The position numbers were made by a program, and so were the translations under genes. The notes below the pieces were generated by a model. It made no database searches. It was not told the origin of the DNA and saw only the letters and a list, made by a program, of their open reading frames with translations. Shown one piece after another: positions 40,051 to 54,700 of a stretch of DNA of 64,000 nucleotides. This stretch comes from Balanoglossus misakiensis (taxonomy: Eukaryota; Animalia; Hemichordata). The first letter of the stretch is position 1. Every line of letters starts with the position of its first letter. Location of the stretch: NCBI GenBank assembly GCA_040954595.2, contig CM082579.2:678922-742921 (forward strand), in the 5' to 3' direction.

Positions 40051-40765
40051 GAAGCTTTTTGAGACTTGTAATCTTTTGCCCCCTAACTGCAATAAAACCT
40101 TATTAAAACATACACTAGTTTAACTCTGTAACATGGGAGTGGTTTGTTCCGTACATTAGCTTTGAACATGCGTAGGTCTGATAACGGTAAAAAAGCTGGT
40201 TAGGAGACGTGTAATATTTTCATCATCCTTAACTGAAATAAAACTTTATTAAAAAATATACTGGTCTAACATGGGAGTGTTTTGTTCCGTACTTTAGCTT
40301 TGAACATGCGTAGGTCTGTGATAACGGTAAAATATGCTGGTTTAGGAGACTTGTCATATTTTCACTATCTTTAACTGAAATAAAACTTTATTAAAAAATA
40401 TACTGGTCTAACATGGGAGTGTTTTGTTCCGTACCTATATTAGCTGTGCTCGTGCGTAGGTCTGTTGGTCTGTTTTTGAGATTTGTAATATTTTGTCAGT
40501 TTCCGTTAATCAAATAAAAGTTTATTTAAAAATATTGGTATAACTTGGCAGTGGTTTATTTGTACCGATCATCTACTCGCATTCGTATGCCAGTCTTGTT
40601 TTTGAGATTTCTGTTTCTCCTACCCAAATAAAAGTTTATTTAAAAAAGTTAAACCTGGGGGTGGTTTATTTGTACCGATCATCTTCGTCCGTCCGTATGT
40701 CTGTTAGTTAGTCTGTTTTCAAGATTTGTAATTTTTTCTTTTTCCTTAACTCCAATAAATTTGTA
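40050..40765 (+). repeat. Degenerate minisatellite, 5-6 units of ~115-145 bp, related to the 134-bp array at 58.1-59.0 kb
   Basis: The pattern GAGA(C/T)TTGTAAT...AATAAAA..TTATT.AAAA...GAGTG(G/T)TTT.TT..GTAC recurs. Later units contain GTGGTTTATTTGTACCGATCATCT, as in the 134-bp unit. Confidence 0.8.
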
Positions 40766-41404
40766 TTGTTGATTTATCTCAATTTTTACCTGTTGATTGT
40801 AATTCAATTTTCAAGTTGTGAATCGTCTTTCCTATTGTCTATGATAACCCAGTGAACTCCAGTGTTTGGACACTTGCTGAAATTATATGATGGCAGTTAC
40901 CTCATGTTAGTTCATTTCGTGAATGGATTGTCATTTTGTATCCTTCACATATTTACTGTATTTCAAAATTAGTTTGACCAAATTAAATACTCGATGTACA
41001 CTTTAAGTTTTAATAAATTCATTAATTTACCTGCAATCCAAATATTGACCACATTTTTTAACTGTTTTTATTGAGTGAAATGTTTTTAGAAACACTGTCA
41101 CTGTATATTACTGTTTAATTATGATTATAATGTCAACATGCATTGCTTTGTTGTATTTCATTCAAGAGATTTTTTGTTGCATCATCTTTATTGTTTGTGG
41201 TCTCTAAACTTTGTTTATTTGAATTCTTGTATTTTCAATAAAGCTTGAATAATTCGAAAGATTTAACTCGTCTCAGTATGATTTATTCAACCAATACTAA
41301 AACAATTATTGAAATATGGTCAAAAGTCGACCCTTGATTTGAAAACAATTTGTTCTCACTGATCCTAAAAATTTCACGTTTGCTTCCATTATAACTGATT
41401 CTGA

Positions 41405-41485
41405 TTGTTGCCTGTTGCCGGTACCCAACTCGGCGTACCGATTTCGTACAATCCTTTACAGTATGAATGCTTTGAAAGGTGTGTG

Positions 41486-41540
<55 letters not shown>

Positions 41541-41700
41541 GCGTGCGTGCGTCTGTGTACTTGTGTCTGTCTGTGTGCAAGTTGTATATTCCGGCCATGC
41601 AACAGTGACTACATAAGGTAAGTGGCTTGTATGTTTCATGGCCGAGTGAAGACAAGTGGATCCTGCGGGATTTCAAGCAGTATTTTCAAAGTAAGTGACA
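41405..41700 (+). repeat. Third, partial cassette copy with an expanded (GTCT)n microsatellite
   Basis: TGCCGGTACCCAACTC, TGAATGCTTTGAAAGGTG, GGCCATGCAACAGTGACTACA and CATGGCCGAGTGAAGAC match 39765-40040 and 57695-58020. The (GTCT)n tract is at about 41486-41540. Confidence 0.85.
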
Positions 41701-42361
41701 ATCTCCGATGGGAATGAGGTTGTTTTTCCTTTATCCAAGTCCACAAAACGTTATGTTTATCCTATTTATTAAAACTTTGAATTTGTGATCATTTGAAAAC
41801 TGTTTTCAATAAAATTAGAATAAAACGAATGACTTTGTGTCGATATCATTATTTTGTTCAATCAATCCTAAGATGATTATTGAATCGTGGTCAAAAGTTG
41901 TCCTTGATTTGAAAGCATTCATAGGTAGTAGAAATCCGTTTTTACAGGCAAACAGAACTTAACAATTTCAGAAACAAAACGAGGATTTGAAAAGAAATGC
42001 AGTCAGTGATTGAAGATTTGATAACATCGCCCTCTACATTCCTAATGTCGCTGTTTGCTTAACTTCGTTTGTGGTAGGTCCACATTATACCCGTACAAAT
42101 AATACGGGATGTGTGCTGAATTTGCTCCTGTGATTGGATGCGTTCGTGTCGCATATTTGCATCGAAATCAGCAGCGATGGGAAAAAATTAAAGTTAGAAG
42201 TGATCTTTGCTTGAAGTGAAACACCGAATCACGACATCTAAGTGATAAAATGAGAAAGAGTGGGGGCATGAAGTATTAACCTGTGGCTATCGAATGATAA
42301 CATTACAGAGTCGAACACTCGTAAACTCAGCAAAGTAAATTAGACCGGATATATGACCAAA

Positions 42362-42760
42362 ATGAGCTATAACCCACGAAAAACGTCCAAAGATGTCCAA
42401 AACACCAAAATTAGCAAGTCCGAGAATTTGTCATTTTTGACAACTTTCATGAGCTATAACCAATGAAAAACGTCCATAGATGTCCAAAACACCAAAATTC
42501 GCAAGTCCGGAATTTGTCATTTTTGACAACTTTCATGAGCTATGAAAAATGTCCTGAGATGTCCAAAACACCAAAATTTACATGTTCGGGAATTTGTCAT
42601 TTTTGACAATTTTCATGAGCTATAATCCATGAAAAACGTCCAGAAATGTCCAAAACACCAAATTCGCAAGTTTGGGAAATTGTCATTTATGACAGTTTTC
42701 ATGAGCTATAGCCAATGATAAACATCAAGAAATGTCCAAAACACCAAAATTCGCAAAGTC
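42362..42760 (+). repeat. Diverged edge monomers (second subfamily) of the 87-bp satellite
   Basis: Four to five units keep ATGAGCTATAACC and TTTTTGAC but carry ATGTCCAAAACACCAAAATT and GAATTTGTCA. They switch to the major consensus within one monomer near 42760. Confidence 0.85.
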
Positions 42761-45700
42761 GAACAATCGTCGATTTTTGAAGATTTTCCTGAGCTGTAAC
42801 CCATGATTTTTGTCAAAAAATGACCAACTTTCGAAAATTCGCAATGTCGAAAAATCGTCGATTTTTTAAGATTTTCCTGAGCTATAACCCATGATTTTTT
42901 CAAAAAATGACCAAATTTCGAAAATTCCCGAAGTCGAAAAATCGACGATTTTGACGATTTTCCTGAGCTATAACCCATGATTTTTTCAAAAAATGACCAA
43001 ATTTCGAAAATTCCCGAAGTCTAAAAATCGTCGATTTTTGACGATTTTCCTGAGCTATAACCCATGATTTTTTCAAAAAATGACCAAATTTCGAAAATTC
43101 CCGAAGTCGAAAAATCGTCGATTTTTGACGATTTTCCTGAGCTATAACCCATGATTTTTTCAAAAAATGACCAAATTTCGAAAGTTCGCAAAGTCGAAAA
43201 ATCGTCGATTTTTGACGATTTTCCTGAGCTATAACCCATGAATTTTTCAATTAATGACCAAAATTCGAAAATTCCCGAAGTCGAAAAATCGTCGATTTTT
43301 GACGATTTTCCTGAGCTATAACCCATGAATTTTTCAATTAATGACCAAAATTCGAAAATTCCCGAAGTCGAAAAATCGTCGATTTTTGACGATTTTCCTG
43401 AGCTATAACCCATGATTTTTTCAAAAAATGACCAAATTTCGAAAATTCGTAAAGTCGAAAAATCGTCGATTTTTGACGATTTTCCTGAGCTATAACCCAT
43501 GATTTTTTCAAAAAATGACCAAATTTCGAAAATTCGCAAAGTCGAAAAATCGTCGATTTTTGACGATTTTCCTGAGCTATAACCCATGAATTTTTCAAAA
43601 AATGACCAAAATTCGAAAATTCCCGAAGTCGAAAAATCGTCGATTTTTGACGATTTTCCTGAGCTATAACCCATGAATTTTTCAAAAAATGACCAAATTT
43701 CGAAAATTCCCAAAGTCGAAAAATCGTCGATTTTTGACGATTTTCCTGAGCTATAACCCATGATTTTTTCAAAAAATGACCAAATTTCGAAAATTCGCAA
43801 AGTCGAAAAATCGTCGATTTTTGACGATTTTCCTGAGCTATAACCCATGAATTTTTCAAAAAATGACCAAAATTCGAAAATTCCCGAAGTCGAAAAATCG
43901 TCGATTTTTGACGATTTTCCTGAGCTATAACCCATGAATTTTTCAAAAAATGACCAAAATTCGAAAATTCCCGAATTCGAAAAATCGTCGATTTTTGACG
44001 ATTTTCCTGAGCTATAACCCATGAATTTTTCAAAAAATGACCAAATTTCGAAAATTCGCAAAGTCGAAAAATCGTCGATTTTTGACGATTTTCCTGAGCT
44101 ATAACCCATGAATTTTTCAAAAAATGACCAAAATTCGAAAATTCCCGAAGTCGAAAAATCGTCGATTTTTGACGATTTTCCTGAGCTATAACCCATGATT
44201 TTTTCAAAAATGACCAAAATTCGAAAATTCCCGAAGTCGAAAAATCGTCGATTTTTGACGATTTTCCTGAGCTATAACCCATGATTTTTTTAAAAAATGA
44301 CCAAATTTCGAAAATTCGCAAAGTCGAAAAATCGTCGATTTTTGACGATTTTCCTGAGCTATAACCCATGATTTTTTCAAAAAATGACCAAATTTCGAAA
44401 GTTCGCAAAGTCGAAAAATCGTCGATTTTTGAAGATTTTCCTGAGCTATAACCCATGATTTTTTCAAAAAATGACCATAATTCGAAAATTCCCGAAGTCG
44501 AAAAATCGTCGATTTTTGACGATTTTCCTGAGATATAACCCATGATTTTTTCAAAAAATGACCAAATTTCGAAAATTCCCGAAGTCGAAAAATCGTCGAT
44601 TTTTGACGATTTTCCTGAGCTATAACCCATGATTTTTTCAAAAAATGACCAAATTTCGAAAATTCCCGAAGTCGAAAAATCGTCGATTTTTGACGATTTT
44701 CCTGAGCTATAACCCATGATTTTTTCAAAAAATGACCAAAATTCGAAAATTCCCGAAGTCGAAAAATCGTCGATTTTTGACGATTTTCCTGAGCTATAAC
44801 CCATGAATTTTTCACAAAATGACCAAATTTCGAAAATTCGCAAAGTCGAAAAATCGTCGATTTTTGACGATTTTCCTGAGCTATAACCCATGAATTTTTC
44901 AAAAAATGACAAAAATTCGAAAATTCCCGAAGTCGAAAAATCGTCGATTTTTGACGATTTTCCTGAGCTATAACCCATGAATTTTTCAAAAAATGACAAA
45001 AATTCGAAAATTCCCGAAGTCGAAAAATCGTCGATTTTTGACGATTTTCCTGAGCTATAACCCATGAATTTTTCAAAAAATGACCAAAATTCGAAAATTC
45101 CCGAAGTCGAAAAATCGTCGATTTTTGACGATTTTCCTGAGCTATAACCCATGATTTTTTCAAAAAATGACCAAATTTCGAAAATTCCCGAAAACGAAAA
45201 ATCGTCGATTTTTGACGATTTTCCTGAGCTATAACCCATGATTTTTTCATAAAATGACCAAATTTCGAAAATTCCCGAAGTCGAAAAATCGTCGATTTTT
45301 GATGATTTTCCTGAGCTATAACCCATGATTTTTTCAAAAAATGACCAAATTTCGGAAATTCCCGAAGTCGAAAAATCGTCGATTTTTGACGATTTTCCTG
45401 AGCTATAACCCATGATTTTTTCAAAAAATGACCAAATTTCGAAAATTCCCGAAGTCGAAAAATCGTCGATTTTTGACGATTTTCCTGAGCTATAACCCAT
45501 GATTTTTTCAAAAAATGACCAAATTTCGAAAATTCCCAAAGTCGAAAAATCGTCGATTTTTGACGATTTTCCTGAGCTATAACCCATGATTTTTTCAAAA
45601 AATGACCAAATTTCGAAAATTCGCAAAGTCGAAAAATCGTCGATTTTTGACGATTTTCCTGAGCTATAACCCATGAATTTTTCAAAAAATGACCAAAATT

Positions 45701-48700
45701 CGAAAATTCCCGAAGTCGAAAAATCGTCGATTTTTGACGATTTTCCTGAGCTATAACCCATGAATTTTTCAAAAAATGACCAAAATTCGAAAATTCCCGA
45801 ATTCGAAAAATCGTCGATTTTTGACGATTTTCCTGAGCTATAACCCATGAATTTTTCAAAAAATGACCAAATTTCGAAAATTCGCAAAGTCGAAAAATCG
45901 TCGATTTTTGACGATTTTCCTGAGCTATAACCCATGAATTTTTCAAAAAATGACCAAAATTCGAAAATTCCCGAAGTCGAAAAATCGTCGATTTTTGACG
46001 ATTTTCCTGAGCTATAACCCATGATTTTTTCAAAAATGACCAAAATTCGAAAATTCTCGAAGTCGAAAAATCGTCGATTTTTGACGATTTTCCTGAGCTA
46101 TAACCCATGATTTTTTTAAAAAATGACCAAAATTCGAAAATTCGCAAAGTCGAAAAATCGTCGATTTTTGACGATTTTCCTGAGCTATAACCCATGATTT
46201 TTTCAAAAAATGACCAAATTTCGAAAGTTCGCAAAGTCGAAAAATCGTCGATTTTTGAAGATTTTCCTGAGCTATAACCCATGATTTTTTCAAAAAATGA
46301 CCATAATTCGAAAATTCCCGAAGTCGAAAAATCGTCGATTTTTGACGATTTTCCTGAGATATAACCCATGATTTTTTCAAAAAATGACCAAATTTCGAAA
46401 ATTCCCGAAGTCGAAAAATCGTCGATTTTTGACGATTTTCCTGAGCTATAACCCATGATTTTTTCAAAAAATGACCAAATTTCGAAAATTCCCGAAGTCG
46501 AAAAATAGTCGATTTTTGACGATTTTCCTGAGCTATAACCCATGATTTTTTAAAAAAATGACCAAATTTCGAAAATTCGCAAAGTCGAAAAATCGTCGAT
46601 TTTTGACGATTTTCCTGAGCTATAACCCATGAATTTTTCAATAAATGACCAAATTTCGAAAATTCGCAAAGTCGAAAAATCGTCGATTTTTGACGATTTT
46701 CCTGAGCTATAACCCATGATTTTTTTAAAAAATGACCAAATTTCGAAAATTCGCAAAGTCGAAAAATCGTCGATTTTTGACGATTTTCCTGAGCTATAAC
46801 CCATGATTTTTTTAAAAAATGACCAAATTTCGAAAATTCGCAAAGTCGAAAAATCGTCGATTTTTGACGATTTTCCTGAGCAATAACCCATGAATTTTTC
46901 ACAAAATGACCAAATTTCGAAAATTCGCAAAGTCGAAAAATCGTCGATTTTTGACGATTTTCCTGAGCTATAACCCATGAATTTTTCAAAAAATGACAAA
47001 AATTCGAAAATTCCCGAAGTCGAAAAATCGTCGATTTTTGACGATTTTCCTGAGCTATAACCCATGAATTTTTCAAAAAATGACAAAAATTCGAAAATTC
47101 CCGAAGTCGAAAAATCGTCGATTTTTGACGATTTTCCTGAGCTATAACCCATGAATTTTTCAAAAAATGACCAAAATTCGAAAATTCCCGAAGTCGAAAA
47201 ATCGTCGATTTTTGACGATTTTCCTGAGCTATAACCCATGATTTTTTCAAAAAATGACCAAATTTCGAAAATTCCCGAAAACGAAAAATCGTCGATTTTT
47301 GACGATTTTCCTGAGCTATAACCCATGATTTTTTCATAAAATGACCAAATTTCGAAAATTCCCGAAGTCGAAAAATCGTCGATTTTTGACGATTTTCCTG
47401 AGCTATAACCCATGATTTTTTCAAAAAATGACCAAATTTCGGAAATTCCCGAAGTCGAAAAATCGTCGATTTTTGACGATTTTCCTGAGCTATAACCCAT
47501 GATTTTTTCAAAAAATGACCAAATTTCGAAAATTCCCGAAGTCGAAAAATCGTCGATTTTTGACGATTTTCCTGAGCTATAACCCATGATTTTTTCAAAA
47601 AATGACCAAATTTCGAAAATTCCCAAAGTCGAAAAATCGTCGATTTTTGACGATTTTCCTGAGCTATAACCCATGATTTTTTCAAAAAATGACCAAATTT
47701 CGAAAATTCGCAAAGTCGAAAAATCGTCGATTTTTGACGATTTTCCTGAGCTATAACCCATGAATTTTTCAAAAAATGACCAAAATTCGAAAATTCCCGA
47801 AGTCGAAAAATCGTCGATTTTTGACGATTTTCCTGAGCTATAACCCATGAATTTTTCAAAAAATGACCAAAATTCGAAAATTCCCGAATTCGAAAAATCG
47901 TCGATTTTTGACGATTTTCCTGAGCTATAACCCATGAATTTTTCAAAAAATGACCAAATTTCGAAAATTCGCAAAGTCGAAAAATCGTCGATTTTTGACG
48001 ATTTTCCTGAGCTATAACCCATGAATTTTTCAAAAAATGACCAAAATTCGAAAATTCCCGAAGTCGAAAAATCGTCGATTTTTGACGATTTTCCTGAGCT
48101 ATAACCCATGATTTTTTCAAAAATGACCAAAATTCGAAAATTCTCGAAGTCGAAAAATCGTCGATTTTTGACGATTTTCCTGAGCTATAACCCATGATTT
48201 TTTTAAAAAATGACCAAAATTCGAAAATTCGCAAAGTCGAAAAATCGTCGATTTTTGACGATTTTCCTGAGCTATAACCCATGATTTTTTCAAAAAATGA
48301 CCAAATTTCGAAAGTTCGCAAAGTCGAAAAATCGTCGATTTTTGAAGATTTTCCTGAGCTATAACCCATGATTTTTTCAAAAAATGACCATAATTCGAAA
48401 ATTCCCGAAGTCGAAAAATCGTCGATTTTTGACGATTTTCCTGAGATATAACCCATGATTTTTTCAAAAAATGACCAAATTTCGAAAATTCCCGAAGTCG
48501 AAAAATCGTCGATTTTTGACGATTTTCCTGAGCTATAACCCATGATTTTTTCAAAAAATGACCAAATTTCGAAAATTCCCGAAGTCGAAAAATAGTCGAT
48601 TTTTGACGATTTTCCTGAGCTATAACCCATGATTTTTTAAAAAAATGACCAAATTTCGAAAATTCGCAAAGTCGAAAAATCGTCGATTTTTGACGATTTT

Positions 48701-51700
48701 CCTGAGCTATAACCCATGAATTTTTCAAAAAATGACCAAATTTCGAAAATTCGCAAAGTCGAAAAATCGTCGATTTTTGACGATTTTCCTGAGCTATAAC
48801 CCATGATTTTTTTAAAAAATGACCAAATTTCGAAAATTCGCAAAGTCGAAAAATCGTCGATTTTTGACGATTTTCCTGAGCTATAACCCATGATTTTTTT
48901 AAAAAATGACCAAATTTCGAAAATTCGCAAAGTCGAAAAATCGTCGATTTTTGACGATTTTCCTGAGCTATAACCCATGATTTTTTCAAAAAATGACCAA
49001 ATTTCGAAAGTTCGCAAAGTCGAAAAATCGTCGATTTTTGACGATTTTCCTGAGCTATAACCCATGAATTTTTCAAAAAATGACCAAAATTCGAAAATTC
49101 GCAAAGTCGAAAAATCGTCGATTTTTGACGATTTTCCTGAGCTATAACCCATGATTTTTTCAAAAAATGACCAAATTTCGAAAATTCCCGAAGTCGAAAA
49201 ATCGTCGATTTTTGACGATTTTCCTGAGCTATAACCCATGATTTTTTCAAAAAATGACAAAATTTCGAAAATTCGCAAAGTCGAAAAATCGTCGATTTTT
49301 GACGATTTTCCTGAGCTATAACCCATGAATTTTTCAAAAAATGACCAAATTTCGAAAATTCCCGAAGTCGAAAAATTGTCGATTTTTGACGATTTTCCTG
49401 AGCTATAACCCATGAATTTTTCAAAAAATGACCAAATTTCGAAAATTCGCAAAGTCGAAAAATCGTCGATTTTTGACGATTTTCCTGAGCTATAACCCAT
49501 GATTTTTTCAAAAAATGACCAAATTTCGAAAATTCGCAAAGTCGAAAAATCGTCGATTTTTGACGATTTTCCTGAGCTATAACCCATGAATTTTTCAAAA
49601 AATGACCAAAATTCGAAAATTCCCGAAGTCGAAAAATCGTCGATTTTTGACGATTTTCCTGAGCTATAACCCATGAATTTTTCAAAAAATGACCAAAATT
49701 CGAAAATTCCCGAATTCGAAAAATCGTCGATTTTTGACGATTTTCCTGAGCTATAACCCATGAATTTTTCAAAAAATGACCAAATTTCGAAAATTCGCGA
49801 AGTCGAAAAATCGTCGATTTTTGACGATTTTCCTGAGCTATAACCCATGAATTTTTCAAAAAATGACCAAAATTCGAAAATTCCCGAAGTCGAAAAATCG
49901 TCGATTTTTGACGATTTTCCTGAGCTATAACCCATGATTTTTTCGAAAAATGACCAAAATTCGAAAATTCGCAAAGTCGAAAAATCGTCGATTTTTGGCG
50001 ATTTTCCTGAGCTATAACCCATGATTTTTTCGAAAAATGACCAAATTTCGAAAATTCGCAAAGTCGAAAAATCGTCGATTTTTGACGATTTTCCTGAGCT
50101 ATAACCCATGAATTTTTCAAAAAATGACCAAATTTCGAAAATTCCCGAAGTCGAAAAATCGTCGATTTTTGACGATTTTCCTGAGCTATAACCCATGATT
50201 TTTTCAAAAAATGACCAAATTTCGAAAGTTCGCAAAGTCGAAAAATCGTCGATTTTTGACGATTTTCCTGAGCTATAACCCATGAATTTTTCAAAAAATG
50301 ACCAAAATTCGAAAATTCGCAAAGTCGAAAAATCGTCGATTTTTGACGATTTTCCTGAGCTATAACCCATGATTTTTTCAAAAAATGACCAAATTTCGAA
50401 AATTCCCGAAGTCGAAAAATCGTCGATTTTTGACGATTTTCCTGAGCTATAACCCATGATTTTTTCAAAAAATGACAAAATTTCGAAAATTCGCAAAGTC
50501 GAAAAATCGTCGATTTTTGACGATTTTCCTGAGCTATAACCCATGAATTTTTCAAAAAATGACCAAATTTCGAAAATTCCCGAAGTCGAAAAATTGTCGA
50601 TTTTTGACGATTTTCCTGAGCTATAACCCATGAATTTTTCAAAAAATGACCAAATTTCGAAAATTCGCAAAGTCGAAAAATCGTCGATTTTTGACGATTT
50701 TCCTGAGCTATAACCCATGATTTTTTCAAAAAATGACCAAATTTCGAAAATTCGCAAAGTCGAAAAATCGTCGATTTTTGACGATTTTCCTGAGCTATAA
50801 CCCATGAATTTTTCAAAAAATGACCAAAATTCGAAAATTCCCGAAGTCGAAAAATCGTCGATTTTTGACGATTTTCCTGAGCTATAACCCATGAATTTTT
50901 CAAAAAATGACCAAAATTCGAAAATTCCCGAATTCGAAAAATCGTCGATTTTTGACGATTTTCCTGAGCTATAACCCATGAATTTTTCAAAAAATGACCA
51001 AATTTCGAAAATTCGCGAAGTCGAAAAATCGTCGATTTTTGACGATTTTCCTGAGCTATAACCCATGAATTTTTCAAAAAATGACCAAAATTCGAAAATT
51101 CCCGAAGTCGAAAAATCGTCGATTTTTGACGATTTTCCTGAGCTATAACCCATGATTTTTTCGAAAAATGACCAAAATTCGAAAATTCGCAAAGTCGAAA
51201 AATCGTCGATTTTTGGCGATTTTCCTGAGCTATAACCCATGATTTTTTCGAAAAATGACCAAATTTCGAAAATTCGCAAAGTCGAAAAATCGTCGATTTT
51301 TGACGATTTTCCTGAGCTATAACCCATGAATTTTTCAAAAAATGACCAAATTTCGAAAATTCCCGAAGTCGAAAAATCGTCGATTTTTGACGATTTTCCT
51401 GAGCTATAACCCATGATTTTTTCAAAAAATGACCAAATTTCGAAAATTCCCGAAGTCGAAAAATCGTCGATTTTTGACGATTTTCCTTAGCTATAACCCA
51501 TGATTTTTTCAAAAAATGACCAAATTTCGAAAATTCCCGAAGTCGAAAAATCGTCGATTTTTGACGATTTTCCTGAGCTATAACCCATGATTTTTTTAAA
51601 AAATGACCAAATTTCGAAAATTCGCAAAGTCGAAAAATCGTCGATTTTTGACGATTTTCCTGAGCTATAACCCATGAATTTTTCAAAAAATGACCAAAAT

Positions 51701-54700
51701 TCGAAAATTCCCGAAGTCGAAAAATCGTCGATTTTTGACGATTTTCCTGAGCTATAACCCATGATTTTTTTTAAAAATGACCAAATTTCGAAAATTCGCA
51801 AAGTCGAAAAATCGTCGATTTTTGACGATTTTCCTGAGCTATAACCCATGATTTTTTCAAAAAATGACCAAATTTCGAAAGTTCGCAAAGTCGAAAAATC
51901 GTCGATTTTTGACGATTTTCCTGAGCTATAACCCATGAATTTTTCGAAAAATGACCAAAATTCGAAAATTCGCAAAGTCGAAAAATCGTCGATTTTTGAC
52001 GATTTTCCTGAGCTATAACCCATGATTTTTTCAAAAAATGACCAAATTTCGAAAATTCCCGAAGTCGAAAAATCGTCGATTTTTGACGATTTTCCTGAGC
52101 TATAACCCATGATTTTTTCAAAAAATGACCAAATTTCGAAAATTCGCAAAGTCGAAAAATCGTCGATTTTTGACGATTTTCCTGAGCTATAACCCATGAT
52201 TTTTTCATAAAAAATGACCAAATTTCGAAAATTCGCAAAGTCGGAAAATCGTCGATTTTTGACGATTTTCCTGAGCTATAACCCATGAATTTTTCAAAAA
52301 ATGACCAAAATTCGAAAATTCCCGAAGTCGAAAAATCGTCGATTTTTGACGATTTTCCTGAGCTATAACCCATGAATTTTTCAAAAAATGACCAAAATTC
52401 GAAAATTCCCGAAGTCGAAAAATCGTCGATTTTTGACGATTTTCCTGAGCTATAACCCATGAATTTTTCAAAAAATGACTAAAATTCGAAAATTCCCGAA
52501 TTCGAAAAATCGTCGATTTTTGACGATTTTCCTGAGCTATAACCCATGAATTTTTCAAAAAATGACCAAATTTCGAAAATTCCCGAAGTCGAAAAATCGT
52601 CGATTTTTGACGATTTTCCTGAGCTATAACCCATGATTTTTTCAAAAAATGACCAAATTTCGAAAATTCGCAAAGTCGAAAAAGCGTCGATTTTTGACGA
52701 TTTTCCTGAGCTATAACCCATGAATTTTTCAAAAAATGACCAAAATTCGAAAATTCCCGAAGTCGAAAAATCGTCGATTTTTGACGATTTTCCTGAGCTA
52801 TAACCCATGAATTTTTCAAAAAATGACTAAAATTCGAAAATTCCCGAATTCGAAAAATCGTCGATTTTTGACGATTTTCCTGAGCTATAACCCATGAATT
52901 TTTCAAAAAATGACCAAATTTCGAAAATTCCCGAAGTCGAAAAATCGTCAATTTTTGACGATTTTCCTGAGCTATAACCCATGAATTTTTCAAAAAATGA
53001 CCAAATTTCGAAAATTCGCAAAGTCGAAAAATCGTCGATTTTTGACGATTTTCCTGAGCTATAACCCATGAATTTTTCAAAAAATGACCAAAATTCGAAA
53101 ATTCCCGAAGTCGAAAAATCGTCGATTTTTGACGATTTTCCAGAGCTATAACCCATGATTTTTTCGAAAAATGACCAAATTTCGAAAATTCGCAAAGTCG
53201 AAAAATCGTCGATTTTTGGCGATTTTCCTGAGCTATAACCCATGAATTTTTCAAAAAATGACCAAATTTCGAAAATTCGCAAAGTCGAAAAATCGTCGAT
53301 TTTTGACGATTTTCCTGAGCTATAACCCATGAATTTTTTAAAAAATGACCAAAATTCGAAAATTCCCGAAGTCGAAAAATCGTCGATTTTTGACGATTTT
53401 CCTGAGCTATAACCCATGATTTTTTCAAAAAATGACCAAATTTCGAAAATTCCCGAAGTCGAAAAATCGTCGATTTTTGACGATTTTACTGAGCTATAAC
53501 CCATGATTTTTTCAAAAAATGACCAAATTTCGAAAATTCGCAAAGTCGAAAAATCGTCGATTTTTGACGATTTTCCTGAGCTATAACCCATGATTTTTTT
53601 CAAAAAATGACCAAATTTCGAAAATTCGCAAAGTCGAAAAATCGTCGATTTTTGACGATTTTCCTGAGCTATAACCCATGAATTTTTCAAAAAATGACCA
53701 AAATTCGAAAATTCCCGAAGTCGAAAAATCGACGATTTTTGACGATTTTCCTGAGCTATAACCCATGAATTTTTCAAAAAATGACCAAATTTCGAAAATT
53801 CCCGAAGTCGAAAAATCGTCGATTTTTGACGATTTTCCTGAGCTATAACCCATGATTTTATCAAAAAATGACCAAATTTCGAAAGTTCGCAAAATCGAAA
53901 AATCGTCGATTTTTGACGATTTTCCTGAGCTATAACCCATGAATTTTTCAAAAAATGACCAAATTTCGAAAATTCCCGAAGTCGAAAAATCGTCGATTTT
54001 TGACGATTTTCCTGAGCTATAACCCATGATTTTTTCAAAAAATGACCAAATTTCGAAAATTCGCAAAGTCGAAAAATCGTCGATTTTTGACGATTTTCCT
54101 GAGCTATAACCCATGATTTTTTTAAAAAATGACCAAATTTCGAAAATTCGCAAAGTCGAAAAATCGTCGATTTTTGACGATTTTCCTGAGCTATAACCCA
54201 TGATTTTTTTAAAAAATGACCAAATTTCGAAAATTCGCAAAGTCGAAAAATCGTCGATTTTTGACGATTTTCCTGAGCTATAACCCATGATTTTTTCAAA
54301 AAATGACCAAATTTCGAAAGTTCGCAAAGTCGAAAAATCGTCGATTTTTGACGATTTTCCTGAGCTATAACCCATGAATTTTTCAAAAAATGACCAAAAT
54401 TCGAAAATTCGCAAAGTCGAAAAATCGTCGATTTTTGACGATTTTCCTGAGCTATAACCCATGATTTTTTCAAAAAATGACCAAATTTCGAAAATTCCCG
54501 AAGTCGAAAAATCGTCGATTTTTGACGATTTTCCTGAGCTATAACCCATGATTTTTTCAAAAAATGACCAAATTTCGAAAATTCGCAAAGTCGAAAAATC
54601 GTCGATTTTTGACGATTTTCCTGAGCTATAACCCATGATTTTTTCAAAAAATGACCAAATTTCGAAAGTTCGCAAAGTCGAAAAATCGTCGATTTTTGGC

